A stretch of 61,986 nucleotides of DNA from Actinomycetota bacterium (GCA_050258195.1 JBLMYI010000015.1:1-61986), one strand, 5' to 3'; shown: positions 27,060 to 36,320, counted from the stretch's first letter. Program-made: numbers and translations. The notes: a model not told the origin generated them from the letters alone.

Positions 27060-28030
27060 GCCGCTCCCCCGGCCTTCCGCTTGATCGCCCCCATCTCCCG
27101 GAACTTCCGGTAGCGGCGCTCGAGGAGCTGCGGGATCGGCATGGACAGGAGCGGGGGGAGCGCCTCCAGCAGCGCCGCCTTGAGCGCGTCTCCGGCCGCC
27201 TTGTGGTCCCGGTGCGCGCCGCCCAGCGGCTCCGGGATGATCCGGTCGACGACCCCGAACTTCTTCAGGTCCGGGGCCGTGATCTTCATCATCTCCGCCG
27301 CCACCTCGGCCTTGGCCGTGTCGCGCCAGAGGATCGAGGCGCACCCCTCGGGGGAGATGACGGAGTAGACGGAATATTCCATCATCAGGATCTCGTCCCC
27401 CACGCCGATCGCCAGCGCCCCGCCGCTCCCCCCCTCGCCGATGACGGCCACGATGATCGGGGTCTTGAGGTGGGACATCTCCAGGAGGTTGCGGGCGATC
27501 GCCTCGGACTGGCCGCGCTCCTCGGCGCCGATCCCCGGGAAGGCCCCGGGGGTGTCGATGAAGGTGACGACGGGGAGGCGGAACTTCTCCGCCAGCTTCA
27601 TGATCCGGAGGGCCTTGCGATACCCCTCGGGATTCGCCATGCCGAAGTTGCGCTGGATCTTCTCGTTGGTGTTGCGCCCCTTCTGCTGGCCGATGAGGAC
27701 AACGCGCTGCCCCTCGAGCTCGGCGAAACCGCACACCAGGGGCGGATCGTCGCGGAACGCCCGGTCCCCGTGCAGTTCCACGAAATTCTTGAAGCAGAGG
27801 TTGACATAATCGAGAAGGTAGGGCCGGTTCGGGTGTCGCGCGAGCTGGGTGATCTGCCAGCGGGTGAGGTTGGAGAAGACCTCCTTGCGGATCTTGCCGA
27901 TCTTCCGTTCCAGCTTCCCGATCTCTTCCTTGATGCCCTTGTCCGTGCCGTCGTCGAGGCGCTTCAACTGTTCGAGGCGGTTTTCGAGGTCGACGATCGG
28001 CCGTTCGAAATCGAGGTATTGGAGGATCAT
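27056..28030 (-). CDS. accA: acetyl-CoA carboxylase carboxyltransferase subunit alpha
   Basis: ORF 27056..28030. MILQYLDFERPI..., ARHPNRPY and IDTPGAFPG...AEERGQSEAIA. Confidence 0.93.
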   Translation of the reverse strand: MILQYLDFERPIVDLENRLEQLKRLDDGTDKGIKEEIGKLERKIGKIRKEVFSNLTRWQITQLARHPNRPYLLDYVNLCFKNFVELHGDRAFRDDPPLVCGFAELEGQRVVLIGQQKGRNTNEKIQRNFGMANPEGYRKALRIMKLAEKFRLPVVTFIDTPGAFPGIGAEERGQSEAIARNLLEMSHLKTPIIVAVIGEGGSGGALAIGVGDEILMMEYSVYSVISPEGCASILWRDTAKAEVAAEMMKITAPDLKKFGVVDRIIPEPLGGAHRDHKAAGDALKAALLEALPPLLSMPIPQLLERRYRKFREMGAIKRKAGGAA

Positions 28031-28061
28031 CCATGCTCCTTCCCGAAATTCGTAATCCTAT

Positions 28062-28089
28062 ATTTTATGCGGAATTACGGTCAGGACAA
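28062..28089 (-). promoter_or_regulatory. candidate sigma70 promoter for accA (TTGTCC, 16 nt spacer, TAAAAT on the minus strand)
   Basis: Read on the reverse strand: TTGTCCtgaccgtaattccgcaTAAAAT. It sits about 30 nt upstream of the AAGGAG SD and ATG 28030. This is an AT-rich patch in a GC-rich context. Confidence 0.45.
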
Positions 28090-28989
28090 GTACATTCTGA
28101 CGATTTCCGAAGGGGGGCGGAACGCCCCCCCCGGGACGATGCGAACGAGATCCGGCTCCGAGGAGAGCCAGGTCATCTGCCGCTTCGCGTACCGCCGGGT
28201 GTCCCGCTTCACCGCTTCGATCGTCTCCTGGAGCGGGATCCCGTCCAGGAGATGCGCCGCTGCGTGGCGATACCCGAGGGCCATCATCGGCTTCAGGGTG
28301 CGGCCGCACCCCCCGGCGAGCAGTCCCCGGACCTCCTCCACCAATCCCCGCCGGAACATCTCCTCCGTCCTGGCATCGATCGCCCGGTAGAGCGTCTCCC
28401 GGTCGGGCCAAAGGGCGAGGAACAGGCAACCGCGCCTTGACCTCGCGGAGCTCCAGGCGGCGCGCGCCCGGCTGGGGGGGATGCCGGCGACCGCGGCGAT
28501 CTCGAGCGCCCGCAGGACCCGGTGCCGGTCGGAGGGGTGGACTTTCGCCGACGTTTCCGGGTCGATGCGCGCCAGCTCCGCATGGAGCGCCGCCCCCCCC
28601 TCCGCTTCCCAGCGACGGGAGAGCACCTCCCGGACCCGCAAGTCCGACGGGAGCGGATCCAGCCCCCGCAGAAGCGCGCGGATGTACATCCCGGTCCCGC
28701 CGACCACCATCGGGACCCTCCCCCGGAGACGGATCCCCCCGATCGCACGCTCCGCCTCCCGCACGTACCTTCCGGCGTCGTACGGCTCGTCGGGATCCGC
28801 CACGTCGATCAGGTGATGGGGGACCTCGCCCCGTTCCGCCACGGTAGGCTTCGCGGTGCCGATGTCGAAGCGCCGGTAGACCTGGAGGGAATCGGCGTTG
28901 ACGATCTCCACGGGGAATTCGCGCGCAAGGGCGAGGGCCAGGGCCGATTTCCCCGAGGCCGTCGGGCCGGAGAGTACGACGGTTTTCAT
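28081..28989 (-). CDS. miaA: tRNA dimethylallyltransferase
   Basis: C-terminal 302 codons of ORF 28081..29244. VVLSGPTASGKSALALALA...IVNADSLQVYR.FDIGTAKP. The ATG at 28989 overlaps the mutL stop (ATGA). Confidence 0.92.
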   Translation of the reverse strand: MKTVVLSGPTASGKSALALALAREFPVEIVNADSLQVYRRFDIGTAKPTVAERGEVPHHLIDVADPDEPYDAGRYVREAERAIGGIRLRGRVPMVVGGTGMYIRALLRGLDPLPSDLRVREVLSRRWEAEGGAALHAELARIDPETSAKVHPSDRHRVLRALEIAAVAGIPPSRARAAWSSARSRRGCLFLALWPDRETLYRAIDARTEEMFRRGLVEEVRGLLAGGCGRTLKPMMALGYRHAAAHLLDGIPLQETIEAVKRDTRRYAKRQMTWLSSEPDLVRIVPGGAFRPPSEIVRMYLS

Positions 28990-30758
28990 CCCGTGCGGTG
29001 GAAAAGAGCCTCGAGACGGGCCCGGGAGATGCGGATCCACACCGGGCGGCCGTGGGGGCAGCTGTGGGCGGCCATCGCCGCGTCCAGCTCCGCGAGGAGG
29101 AGGCGCGCGCGCTCCGTCGTCACCCGCTCGCCGCCGCGCACGGCCGTGTGGCACGCCATCCGCCACAGCTCGCGATCCGCGTCGAACAGGTCCTTGGGGA
29201 GGGTCTCCTGGGCGCGCAGCGATTCGCACAGCTCCTCCCACCATCGCCGCGCGTCGAATCCCGGCAGGGCCGCCGGGCCGCCGGTCAGGCGGATCCGCCC
29301 CCCTCCCGCCGGCTCGAAGGTGAACCCGGTCCGTGCGAGAAACGTCTCCACGGCCGGGCGCTCATCCGTTTCCGGCAGGACCCCGGGGAGGGCGACCTCG
29401 ACGGCGTCGAGCCATCGCTGCGTCGGCGCCTTCTTCCCGAGGTACCGTTCCTTCAGTCCCGAGAAGACGATCCGTTCGTCGGCGGCGTGCTGGTCGATCA
29501 GGACGATCCCATCGGCCTCCTCGCAGACCAGGTACGTCGCCAGCACCTGACCGATCGGGACAAGGGAGGAAAAGAACCGGCCCCTGGCCGCCTCCCCGCC
29601 CCGTTCGGCGAACGGCAGCTCCACCGCGCGCTCCGCGCCGGCCGCCGGAGGGGGAAAGGGGAAACCGGTGACCCCCTCGAGCGACATGTCCGGCGGCGAT
29701 CCCGCCGGCCGTAACCCTCCCCCCGTCTGGATCCGCTCCGCCCACCCCCGGGATGGGAATGCGGCGCGCGACGGCGCCTCCCCGATCGCCCCGCCGAGGA
29801 CGTGGCGCGCCAGCTCGTGAAGGTCTCGGGGATACCGGAAGCGGACCTCCGTCTTCGCCGGATGGACGTTGACGTCGACCTCCCGGGGGCTGCAGGTCAC
29901 GAACAGGTAGACGACGGGGAGACGGCCGCCGGGCAGGATCCCCCGGTACGCCTCGCGGACCGCCGCGTAGAGGCCGCGGTCGCGGAAGCGCCGCCCGTTG
30001 ACGAAGAACCAGAGGCCGTCCGCCCCCGCGCGGGAAACCTGGGGGAGCCCCGCCCAGCCGAAGATCCGGAAGAAGGCGGAGGAGACGTCGACGGGGACGA
30101 GGTATTGCGCGTCGTCCCCCGCGTGGCGCTTCGCGCGATCCAGGGCGGACTCGCGGCTCTCGTACGCGAACGCCCCGCGGGAATCGATGAACCGGAAGGA
30201 GATCCCCTCGCCGGGAATCGCGACCCCGTGGAACACCTCCCACAGGTGCGACATCTCGGTGCGCTCGCTTTTCAGGAACTTCCGGCGGGCGGGGACGTTC
30301 TCGAAGAGCCGCGACACGGTGACGGTCGTCCCCGGGGGAGCGCCCGCCTCGCGGACGGAGAGAATCGCCCCCCCCTCCATCAGCAGTTCCGTCCCGCTTC
30401 GCTCTCCCGCGGGCCTCGTGACGACCGAGACCCGCGCCACCGAGGCGATCGAAGGGAGCGCCTCGCCCCGGAACCCGAAGGAGCCGATCCGCTCGAGGTC
30501 GTCCGCCGAGGCGATCTTGCTCGTCGTGTGGCGGCGCACCGCGAGCTCCGCCTCCTCGCGGGACATGCCGCACCCGTCGTCGGTGACGCGGAGGGAGAAC
30601 GGGAAGGGGCCCGAGACGCCCGCCTCCACGCTCTCCGCGCCGGAGTCGACGGCGTTTTCGAGCAACTCCTTGAGGACCGACGCGGGGCGTTCGACCACCT
30701 CCCCGGCGGCGATCCGGTTGACGACGTCGTCCGGCAGCGGCCGGATGCGGGAGGGCAA
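28986..30758 (-). CDS. mutL: DNA mismatch repair protein MutL
   Basis: ORF 28986..30758. IRPLPDDVVNRIAAGEVVERPASVLKELLENAVDSGA, a GHKL ATPase N-terminus. TTG start lies directly after the pgi stop. Confidence 0.93.
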   Translation of the reverse strand: MPSRIRPLPDDVVNRIAAGEVVERPASVLKELLENAVDSGAESVEAGVSGPFPFSLRVTDDGCGMSREEAELAVRRHTTSKIASADDLERIGSFGFRGEALPSIASVARVSVVTRPAGERSGTELLMEGGAILSVREAGAPPGTTVTVSRLFENVPARRKFLKSERTEMSHLWEVFHGVAIPGEGISFRFIDSRGAFAYESRESALDRAKRHAGDDAQYLVPVDVSSAFFRIFGWAGLPQVSRAGADGLWFFVNGRRFRDRGLYAAVREAYRGILPGGRLPVVYLFVTCSPREVDVNVHPAKTEVRFRYPRDLHELARHVLGGAIGEAPSRAAFPSRGWAERIQTGGGLRPAGSPPDMSLEGVTGFPFPPPAAGAERAVELPFAERGGEAARGRFFSSLVPIGQVLATYLVCEEADGIVLIDQHAADERIVFSGLKERYLGKKAPTQRWLDAVEVALPGVLPETDERPAVETFLARTGFTFEPAGGGRIRLTGGPAALPGFDARRWWEELCESLRAQETLPKDLFDADRELWRMACHTAVRGGERVTTERARLLLAELDAAMAAHSCPHGRPVWIRISRARLEALFHRTG

Positions 30759-32186
30759 CTACTTCCCGCCTTCGCCGCGGGAGGAGCCGCCGGGAAGATC
30801 CTTCCCGATGCGGATCTCGGCGCGGCGGATCCCCGAGACCTTCTCTTCGAAGTCCGCGCGGAGCGCTTCCGTGCCTTTCTCCCCCATCAGCGCGCGCGCG
30901 ATCCGCTTCCCGTCCTCCACGCCGGGCTGGTCGAACGGGTCGACCCCGGCGCACGTGCCCGCGATCGCCGTCACCCATTCCCAGAAGTGGAGGAACGCGC
31001 CGACGTGCTCCTCGTCGCGCTTCCCGATCTCCATCCGGACGATGGGGCGCCCCGCGCCCCACAACGCGCCGATCGTCCCCTCGAACTCCGCGTCGAAGAG
31101 ATCCCGCAGCGGCCGGCCCCCGAGCATCGCCATGTCCGGGGCGAAGCCCGCCTTCGGCACGTTCCCCTTCTCCCGTCCGGTCATCCAGCGGACGAAGGTG
31201 AACACCTTGTCGGCGGGGCCGTCCTGGTAGAGCTGGAGCTGGGAGTGCTGGTCGGTGACGCCGACCGCGCGCGCGGGGGTCTGCCCGACGGGGGCGCGGC
31301 CCTCGCGCTCCTTCCCCAGGCTCTCCCCCCAGAGCTGCTGCCACCACTCCGCGATCCGCGAAAGCCCCTCCCCGTAGGTGAACCAGACCTGCGTCGCCTT
31401 CGGCTTCACCAGGAGGTAATACGCGTAGACGGCCGCGGCGAAACGGACCGGGTTGTCGGTCCCCTTCGTGTGCCGGAAGATCGCCTCCATCTGCGCGGCC
31501 CCCGCGAGAAGCCGCTCCACGCGTACCCCCGCGGCGGCGAGCGGGAAGAGCCCCACGGGCGAGAGGACGGAGAAGCGGCCCCCGACGTTCGGCGGCACGG
31601 CGTAGCTTCTCAATTCCTCCGCGTCCGCCATCCGGCGGAAGACCCCCTTCGAGGGATCGGTGACGAGGATCAGCCGCTCCCTCCACCCCTTCCCGACCGC
31701 TTTCTTCAACGCGGCGATCGCGATCGCGAGCTGGGCGTTCGTCTCCGCCGTCCCCCCCGATTTGCTGATGGCCACCACGGCGGTCTTCTTCATCGGGAGG
31801 TTCGCCAGGAGGGGGAAGAATGCGTCGGGGTCGACGTTGTCCCCCACGGAGAGCGCCATCCCGGGGCGTCCCGCCCCGCCGGCGACCGCCTCGTGCACCG
31901 CTTTCGTCCCCAGCGCAGAACCGCCGATGCCGAGGACGAGGACGTGGGTGCATTTCGCGCGAAGGGCCGCCGCGTCCCGGGAGATCGCCCGGGCCTCCTT
32001 CTCGAGGAACGGCAGGTCGGGAAAGCCGATCTCCCCGCGTCGATGCTTCCCCGCGAGCGTCTCCACGGCGTCGTCGACCAGCGCCATCATCTTCCGGAAA
32101 TCGGGCGCGGCGATCCCGTCCCCCCCCCGGAGATTGCTCTCTCCCACGAGGGAGAAATCGAATCGAAACCGGATCCCGTCGCCCAT
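30759..32186 (-). CDS. pgi: glucose-6-phosphate isomerase (short bacterial/archaeal-type PGI)
   Basis: ORF 30759..32204. GIGGSALG and ISKSGGTAET SIS-domain motifs. Start set at ATG 32186 after GAGGAGAGGGG. Confidence 0.85.
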   Translation of the reverse strand: MGDGIRFRFDFSLVGESNLRGGDGIAAPDFRKMMALVDDAVETLAGKHRRGEIGFPDLPFLEKEARAISRDAAALRAKCTHVLVLGIGGSALGTKAVHEAVAGGAGRPGMALSVGDNVDPDAFFPLLANLPMKKTAVVAISKSGGTAETNAQLAIAIAALKKAVGKGWRERLILVTDPSKGVFRRMADAEELRSYAVPPNVGGRFSVLSPVGLFPLAAAGVRVERLLAGAAQMEAIFRHTKGTDNPVRFAAAVYAYYLLVKPKATQVWFTYGEGLSRIAEWWQQLWGESLGKEREGRAPVGQTPARAVGVTDQHSQLQLYQDGPADKVFTFVRWMTGREKGNVPKAGFAPDMAMLGGRPLRDLFDAEFEGTIGALWGAGRPIVRMEIGKRDEEHVGAFLHFWEWVTAIAGTCAGVDPFDQPGVEDGKRIARALMGEKGTEALRADFEEKVSGIRRAEIRIGKDLPGGSSRGEGGK

Positions 32187-32274
32187 GTTGCCCCCTCTCC
32201 TCAATCAACGAACCTACAGATCGCGCCTTATTTATACGGCAACCTAAAACCAGATACTTTGACTCCGGGCTCGT

Positions 32275-32530
32275 TCCCCGTATTTCCGACTGCGGGGGTA
32301 CCCCAGCAGCGCGTAGCTCGTACTGGGGCGCCCTCTCCTTCTATAGATACTCAGACTCCGGCTGCGCCGCCTCGGAGGGCGGGGCTCCGTTTGAGGCTCG
32401 CCGTGCGGAGAACCTGCACGGCAGCCCACCAGCCTCACTGTGCCCCCCGTTCTTCCTACGGCGGGGGTACCCCGGCAGCGCGAACCTCGTACCGGGGCGC
32501 CCCCCTCCTGCGGCGACTCCGCCGGGCCCT
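32275..32530. repeat. composite repeat: a solitary L-module (32275..32335) followed by a short-form R+L element (32355..32530) without the core
   Basis: Reverse-complement alignment to 42800..43005 and 40971..41345. GGGGTACCCC...GGGGCGCCC hairpin modules, CCGTGC..GCACGG hairpin, CCTCACTGTGCCCCCCGTTCTTCCTACGGCGGGGG. Confidence 0.8.
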
Positions 32531-32591
32531 CCTGTCTCGTGCGCCTTCAGTGCTGTCTTCCCGGTACGTTTCAAAATTCATGAATGCCGTT

Positions 32592-33713
32592 CTACGCCTT
32601 GACGGGTTCCTTTTCGCCGAGTACCCGGAACTTCGGCTCCATCGCCTTCATCCGTTCCACGATCCCCCCGTATTCGAGCTCACTGTACGGGAGCATCGCG
32701 GGGCCGAAGAACCCCTGCCGGCGAAGATCCTCGGACTTGGCGGACACCCGCCCCCGGACGTACTCCCAGTACGGGTGGTCGAATGCGTCGGCCGGCTCGG
32801 TGAACCGCCCATCCTTTACGCAGAAGGCGAGGGCCGAGACGATCGGAGGCCCGTCGAAGAAGGAGATCCCCGTGTTCATCGGCACCGGCATGAGCGCCCC
32901 ATGGTGGCTTCCCCGCATGAAGCCGGCGACCAGGTGGCCGATGGTGTAGGGGGCGAGCACCTCCCCCGTGGCGGGAAAGTTCCCCTGCGTCCGCACCAGC
33001 ATCACCGGGTCGTCCTTCCCGGTGTACTTCCCTGCGATGTTGTGGAGCCGGGTGGTGCTGACCACGGCCGCGATCTCGCCGGTGGCGCGGGAGCGGATGG
33101 ACTCGACGACGAACCGCTCCTGGTCTCGCAGCAGCGCCGCGATGTCGTAGAGATCCTCGGGCGCCGAAAGGTCGATCACCTTGTCCCCTTCCGTGTTCGC
33201 GACGTCCATGATGCGGAAGGTGAACCCCTTCCCCACCTTCGGCGAGAGGATGAGGCCGGAGGAGAACATCGGGTCGGCGAAGCCGAGGTAGGACGGCAGG
33301 TTGTACGCGCCCGGGTCGGTCTTGTCCGCCGCGAAGAGGACGAACGGCTCGTTGGGGCGCTCCTCGAACTCCATCTCCGCCACCGCGGGCCCCATCCCCT
33401 TCACGTTGCCCGAGAACGAGTCCTTCAGGAGGTCCTGCCCCGCGCCGTAGAGCCCTTCGGATTTCGCCACCGCGGTTCCCGCGATGAAGGCGTCCCACGC
33501 CAGCTTGTGGACCTTCCCGTTTCCCGTCCCCCCGGTATGGGACATCAGGATCGCCACGTCGTCCCCGGTAAAACCGACGTAGGCGTCGATCAGCAGCCCT
33601 TTCCCGAGCTCGGCGACCTTCGACCGCACCATTTCGAGCAGCTTCGCGCTCGGACGGATGTGCCCCCCGATGGAACCGATGTCCGCCTTGATGACCGACA
33701 GCGTGACCTTCAT
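32592..33713 (-). CDS. fbp: class V fructose-1,6-bisphosphate aldolase/phosphatase (bifunctional, archaeal-type)
   Basis: ORF 32592..33713. The hallmark N-terminus MKVTLSVIKADIGSIGGH and a length of about 373 aa match the FBP aldolase/phosphatase family. Confidence 0.88.
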   Translation of the reverse strand: MKVTLSVIKADIGSIGGHIRPSAKLLEMVRSKVAELGKGLLIDAYVGFTGDDVAILMSHTGGTGNGKVHKLAWDAFIAGTAVAKSEGLYGAGQDLLKDSFSGNVKGMGPAVAEMEFEERPNEPFVLFAADKTDPGAYNLPSYLGFADPMFSSGLILSPKVGKGFTFRIMDVANTEGDKVIDLSAPEDLYDIAALLRDQERFVVESIRSRATGEIAAVVSTTRLHNIAGKYTGKDDPVMLVRTQGNFPATGEVLAPYTIGHLVAGFMRGSHHGALMPVPMNTGISFFDGPPIVSALAFCVKDGRFTEPADAFDHPYWEYVRGRVSAKSEDLRRQGFFGPAMLPYSELEYGGIVERMKAMEPKFRVLGEKEPVKA

Positions 33714-33725
33714 TGGAGCCTCCTT

Positions 33726-34694
33726 TCAGGTTGGTCTAGCGGTTTCCTCATGACGGTACCATTCGACGAAACGGGATACGCCGCGCTCGATCGGCGTGCG
33801 CGGGTCGTAGGCGATCTCTTTCCTTGCGCGGGAGATGTCCGCGTACGTCAGGGGAACGTCCCCGGGCTGCGGCGGTTTGAAGCGCCGCACGGCGGTTTTC
33901 CCGCACGCCCTCTCGATCAGCGCGACCAGGTCCGAAAGGGCGATCGTCGCCGACTCCCCGAGGTTGTAGACCCGGTATCCCGGGGGCGCGGTCAGCGCGC
34001 CGAGGACCCCGGAGACGACGTCCTCGATATAGGTGTAATCCCTCCTTGAGGAGCCGTCGCCGTACAGGTCGATCACCTTCCCGTCCAGGATCCGCCGGGT
34101 GAACTTGTGGATCGCCATCTCGGGGCGCTGCCGGGGGCCGTACACGGTGAAGAAGCGCAGGGCGGCGACGTTCATCCCGTACAGGTGGCAGTAGGTGTGG
34201 CAGAGAAGCTCCCCCGCCTTCTTCGTCGCCGCGTACGGGCTCACCGGGTGATCGACGAAGTCGTCCTCGGAGAAGGGAACCTTCGCGTTGCCCCCGTAGA
34301 CGGACGAGGAGGAGGCGAAGAGGACCTTCGGGACCCGGCGCTCCCGCGCCCACTCGAGCAACCGGATCGTGCCGAGGACGTTCACGTCCGCGTAGCCGAC
34401 GGGATCGGCGACCGACGGGCGCACCCCGGCCTTCGCGGCGAGGTGGATCAACGCGTCGGGAAGGATCCCCTCCCCCCAGCGGGCGAGGGCGGAGGCGTTG
34501 CGGATGTCCCCCTCCAGGAAGGAGAACGCCGGGTGCGCCGAAAGCGGCGCGAGGTTGCGCTCCTTGATACGGCGGTCGTAGAAGGGATCGAAGTTGTCGA
34601 ATCCGAAGACGCGGTCCCCCCGCCGCAGGAGGGCTTCCGAAACGTGCGAGCCGATGAAACCGGCGGCACCGGTGACGAAGACGGTGCGGGGCAA
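33726..34694 (-). CDS. NAD-dependent epimerase/dehydratase (extended SDR, UDP-glucuronate 4-epimerase-like)
   Basis: ORF 33726..34808. VTGAAGFIGSH Rossmann and SPYAATKKAGE (YxxxK) motifs. Start set at TTG 34694, 6 nt after GGAGG. The longer ORF would run into the tRNA-Cys gene. Confidence 0.85.
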   Translation of the reverse strand: MPRTVFVTGAAGFIGSHVSEALLRRGDRVFGFDNFDPFYDRRIKERNLAPLSAHPAFSFLEGDIRNASALARWGEGILPDALIHLAAKAGVRPSVADPVGYADVNVLGTIRLLEWARERRVPKVLFASSSSVYGGNAKVPFSEDDFVDHPVSPYAATKKAGELLCHTYCHLYGMNVAALRFFTVYGPRQRPEMAIHKFTRRILDGKVIDLYGDGSSRRDYTYIEDVVSGVLGALTAPPGYRVYNLGESATIALSDLVALIERACGKTAVRRFKPPQPGDVPLTYADISRARKEIAYDPRTPIERGVSRFVEWYRHEETARPT

Positions 34695-34755
34695 TGATAA
34701 CCTCCGTTGGTCCCTCTCCCGTGCTCCCAATAATAGTACCGCGAACCGGAATCCC

Positions 34756-34785
34756 TTGACAGGGAGTGGTGCTCCGGAAAAGAAT
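34756..34785 (+). promoter_or_regulatory. candidate sigma70 promoter for the tRNA-Cys/tRNA-Leu pair (TTGACA, 18 nt spacer, AAGAAT)
   Basis: Read directly. The -10 ends about 9 nt before the mature tRNA-Cys 5' end. Confidence 0.4.
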
Positions 34786-34794
34786 ACCTGCTGC

Positions 34795-34869
34795 GGCGGC
34801 ATAGCCAAGTGGTAAGGCAGAGGACTGCAAATCCTTTATCCCCCGGTTCGAATCCGGGTGCCGCCTCCA
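34795..34869 (+). tRNA. tRNA-Cys (anticodon GCA), CCA encoded
   Basis: Manual cloverleaf: acceptor GGCGGCA/TGCCGCC, anticodon loop CTGCAAA, T-arm CCCGG-TTCGAAT-CCGGG. Confidence 0.9.
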
Positions 34870-34919
34870 TTCCTCCCTCGTACCGGGATCCCCCGTTTTC
34901 TGGTATCTTCCCTGTGAGC

Positions 34920-35006
34920 GCCCGGGTGGCGGAACTGGCAGACGCACGGGACTTAAAATCCCGAGGCCGCGAGGCCGTGCGGGTTCGATTCCCCCCCCGG
35001 GCACCA
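34920..35006 (+). tRNA. tRNA-Leu (anticodon TAA), long variable arm, CCA encoded
   Basis: Manual cloverleaf: acceptor GCCCGGG/CCCGGGC, anticodon loop CTTAAAA, variable arm GGCCGCGAGGCC, T-loop TTCGATT. There is one T-stem mismatch by my folding. Confidence 0.85.
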
Positions 35007-35089
35007 GCTCATCCGTTCGATGCGCTGGCGCGAAACGAGGGAATCGGACGCGAGCCGCCGCCGGGCGGGCAGCGGGACGAGTCCCTTCC

Positions 35090-35118
35090 TTGACGTATTC
35101 CCTGCAGGCGAATAAAGT
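35090..35118 (+). promoter_or_regulatory. candidate sigma70 promoter for the liv operon (TTGACG, 17 nt spacer, TAAAGT)
   Basis: Read directly, about 35 nt upstream of ATG 35153. Confidence 0.4.
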
Positions 35119-35152
35119 TACAATTTATCCATACTTTCAAGGGGGGGGGTCC

Positions 35153-36295
35153 ATGAAGAGAAACGTGCGTCTGTTCGCCATCGTCGCGTGCGCTCTCTTC
35201 GCCTTCGTGTTCATGGGGGCGGAGAAGGCGGGCAAGGCCGTGAGGCCGAAGGCCGAGCCGATCCGGGCGAAGATCGGGGTCATCTCGATCATCACCGGCC
35301 AGGGGGCGGCATACGGCGAGGCGATCACGAACGGCATCAAGCTCGCGCGGGACGAGGTCAACGCGAAGGGCGAGGTCCTGGTCGACCTGAAGATCGAGGA
35401 CTCCTCCGGGAAGCAGGAGCAGGCCCTGGCGGCGGCGCAGAAGCTCATCAACTCCGACAAGGTCGTGGCGATCATCGGCCCCACGCTATCCAACGAGATG
35501 TTCGTCGCGGGCCCCGAGGCGAACGCGAGCGGCGTGCCGATCATGGGAACGTCGACCACGGCGAAGGGGATCACCCAGATCGGGAAGTTCGTCTTCCGGA
35601 ACTCGCTGCCCGAGTCCCAGGCGATCCCGGCGTCCGTCGGCAAGGCGGTGCAGAAGTACAACATCAGGAAAGTCGCCCTCCTCTATGGGAACGACGACGC
35701 CTTCACCAAGTCCGGCTTCGACACGATGAAAGCGGTCGCCGAGAAGCTCAAGCTGAAGATCCTGACGATCGAGGAGTTCCAGAAGGGGCAGGCGGACTAC
35801 AAGGCGCAGCTGACCAAGATCGCATCGCTTAAGCCCGACGCGGTCTTCTGCTCCGCCCTGTACAACGAGGGGGGGGTCATCCTCGCGCAGGCGCGGAAGA
35901 TGGGGTTGAAGGTCCCGTTCGTCGGCGGGAACGGCTTCAACTCGCCGAAGGTGATCGAGATCGCCAAGGACGCGGCGGAGGGGCTGATCGTCGCCACCCC
36001 CTGGTTCGCCGACAGGAACGACCCGAAGGTGAAGGCGTTCGTGGCGAAGTTCGAAAAGGCGTACGGGAAGAAGCCGGACCAGTTCGCGGCCCAGGCGTAC
36101 GACGCGTTCTACATCATGACGAACGCGCTGAAGGCGGCGGGGACAGCGGACCGGGCGAAGCTGCGCGATGCCCTTGCGGCGACGAGGAATTTCCAGGGGG
36201 TCCTCGGCAAGTTCTCCTTCGACGCGGAGCGCGACGTGGTCATGACGCCCAGCGTCCTGATCGTCAAGGGCGGAAAGTTCACGATCTTCAACTGA
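35153..36295 (+). CDS. branched-chain amino acid ABC transporter substrate-binding protein (LivJ/K family)
   Basis: ORF 35090..36295. Start is ATG 35153 (MKRNVRLFAIVACALFAFVFMG, a signal peptide). GVISIITGQGAAYGE...GPTLSNE periplasmic-binding type I pattern. Confidence 0.85.
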   Translation: MKRNVRLFAIVACALFAFVFMGAEKAGKAVRPKAEPIRAKIGVISIITGQGAAYGEAITNGIKLARDEVNAKGEVLVDLKIEDSSGKQEQALAAAQKLINSDKVVAIIGPTLSNEMFVAGPEANASGVPIMGTSTTAKGITQIGKFVFRNSLPESQAIPASVGKAVQKYNIRKVALLYGNDDAFTKSGFDTMKAVAEKLKLKILTIEEFQKGQADYKAQLTKIASLKPDAVFCSALYNEGGVILAQARKMGLKVPFVGGNGFNSPKVIEIAKDAAEGLIVATPWFADRNDPKVKAFVAKFEKAYGKKPDQFAAQAYDAFYIMTNALKAAGTADRAKLRDALAATRNFQGVLGKFSFDAERDVVMTPSVLIVKGGKFTIFN

Positions 36296-36320
36296 TCCGG
36301 GCGAAGCGGCGGAGGCGGGC

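Noticed and set aside
34795-35006. The tRNA-Cys/tRNA-Leu pair as an integration hotspot for a genomic island carrying the liv or acyl-CoA genes.
   Set aside because: There is no integrase next to the tRNAs, I found no direct repeat of a tRNA 3' end downstream, and there is no obvious compositional break.
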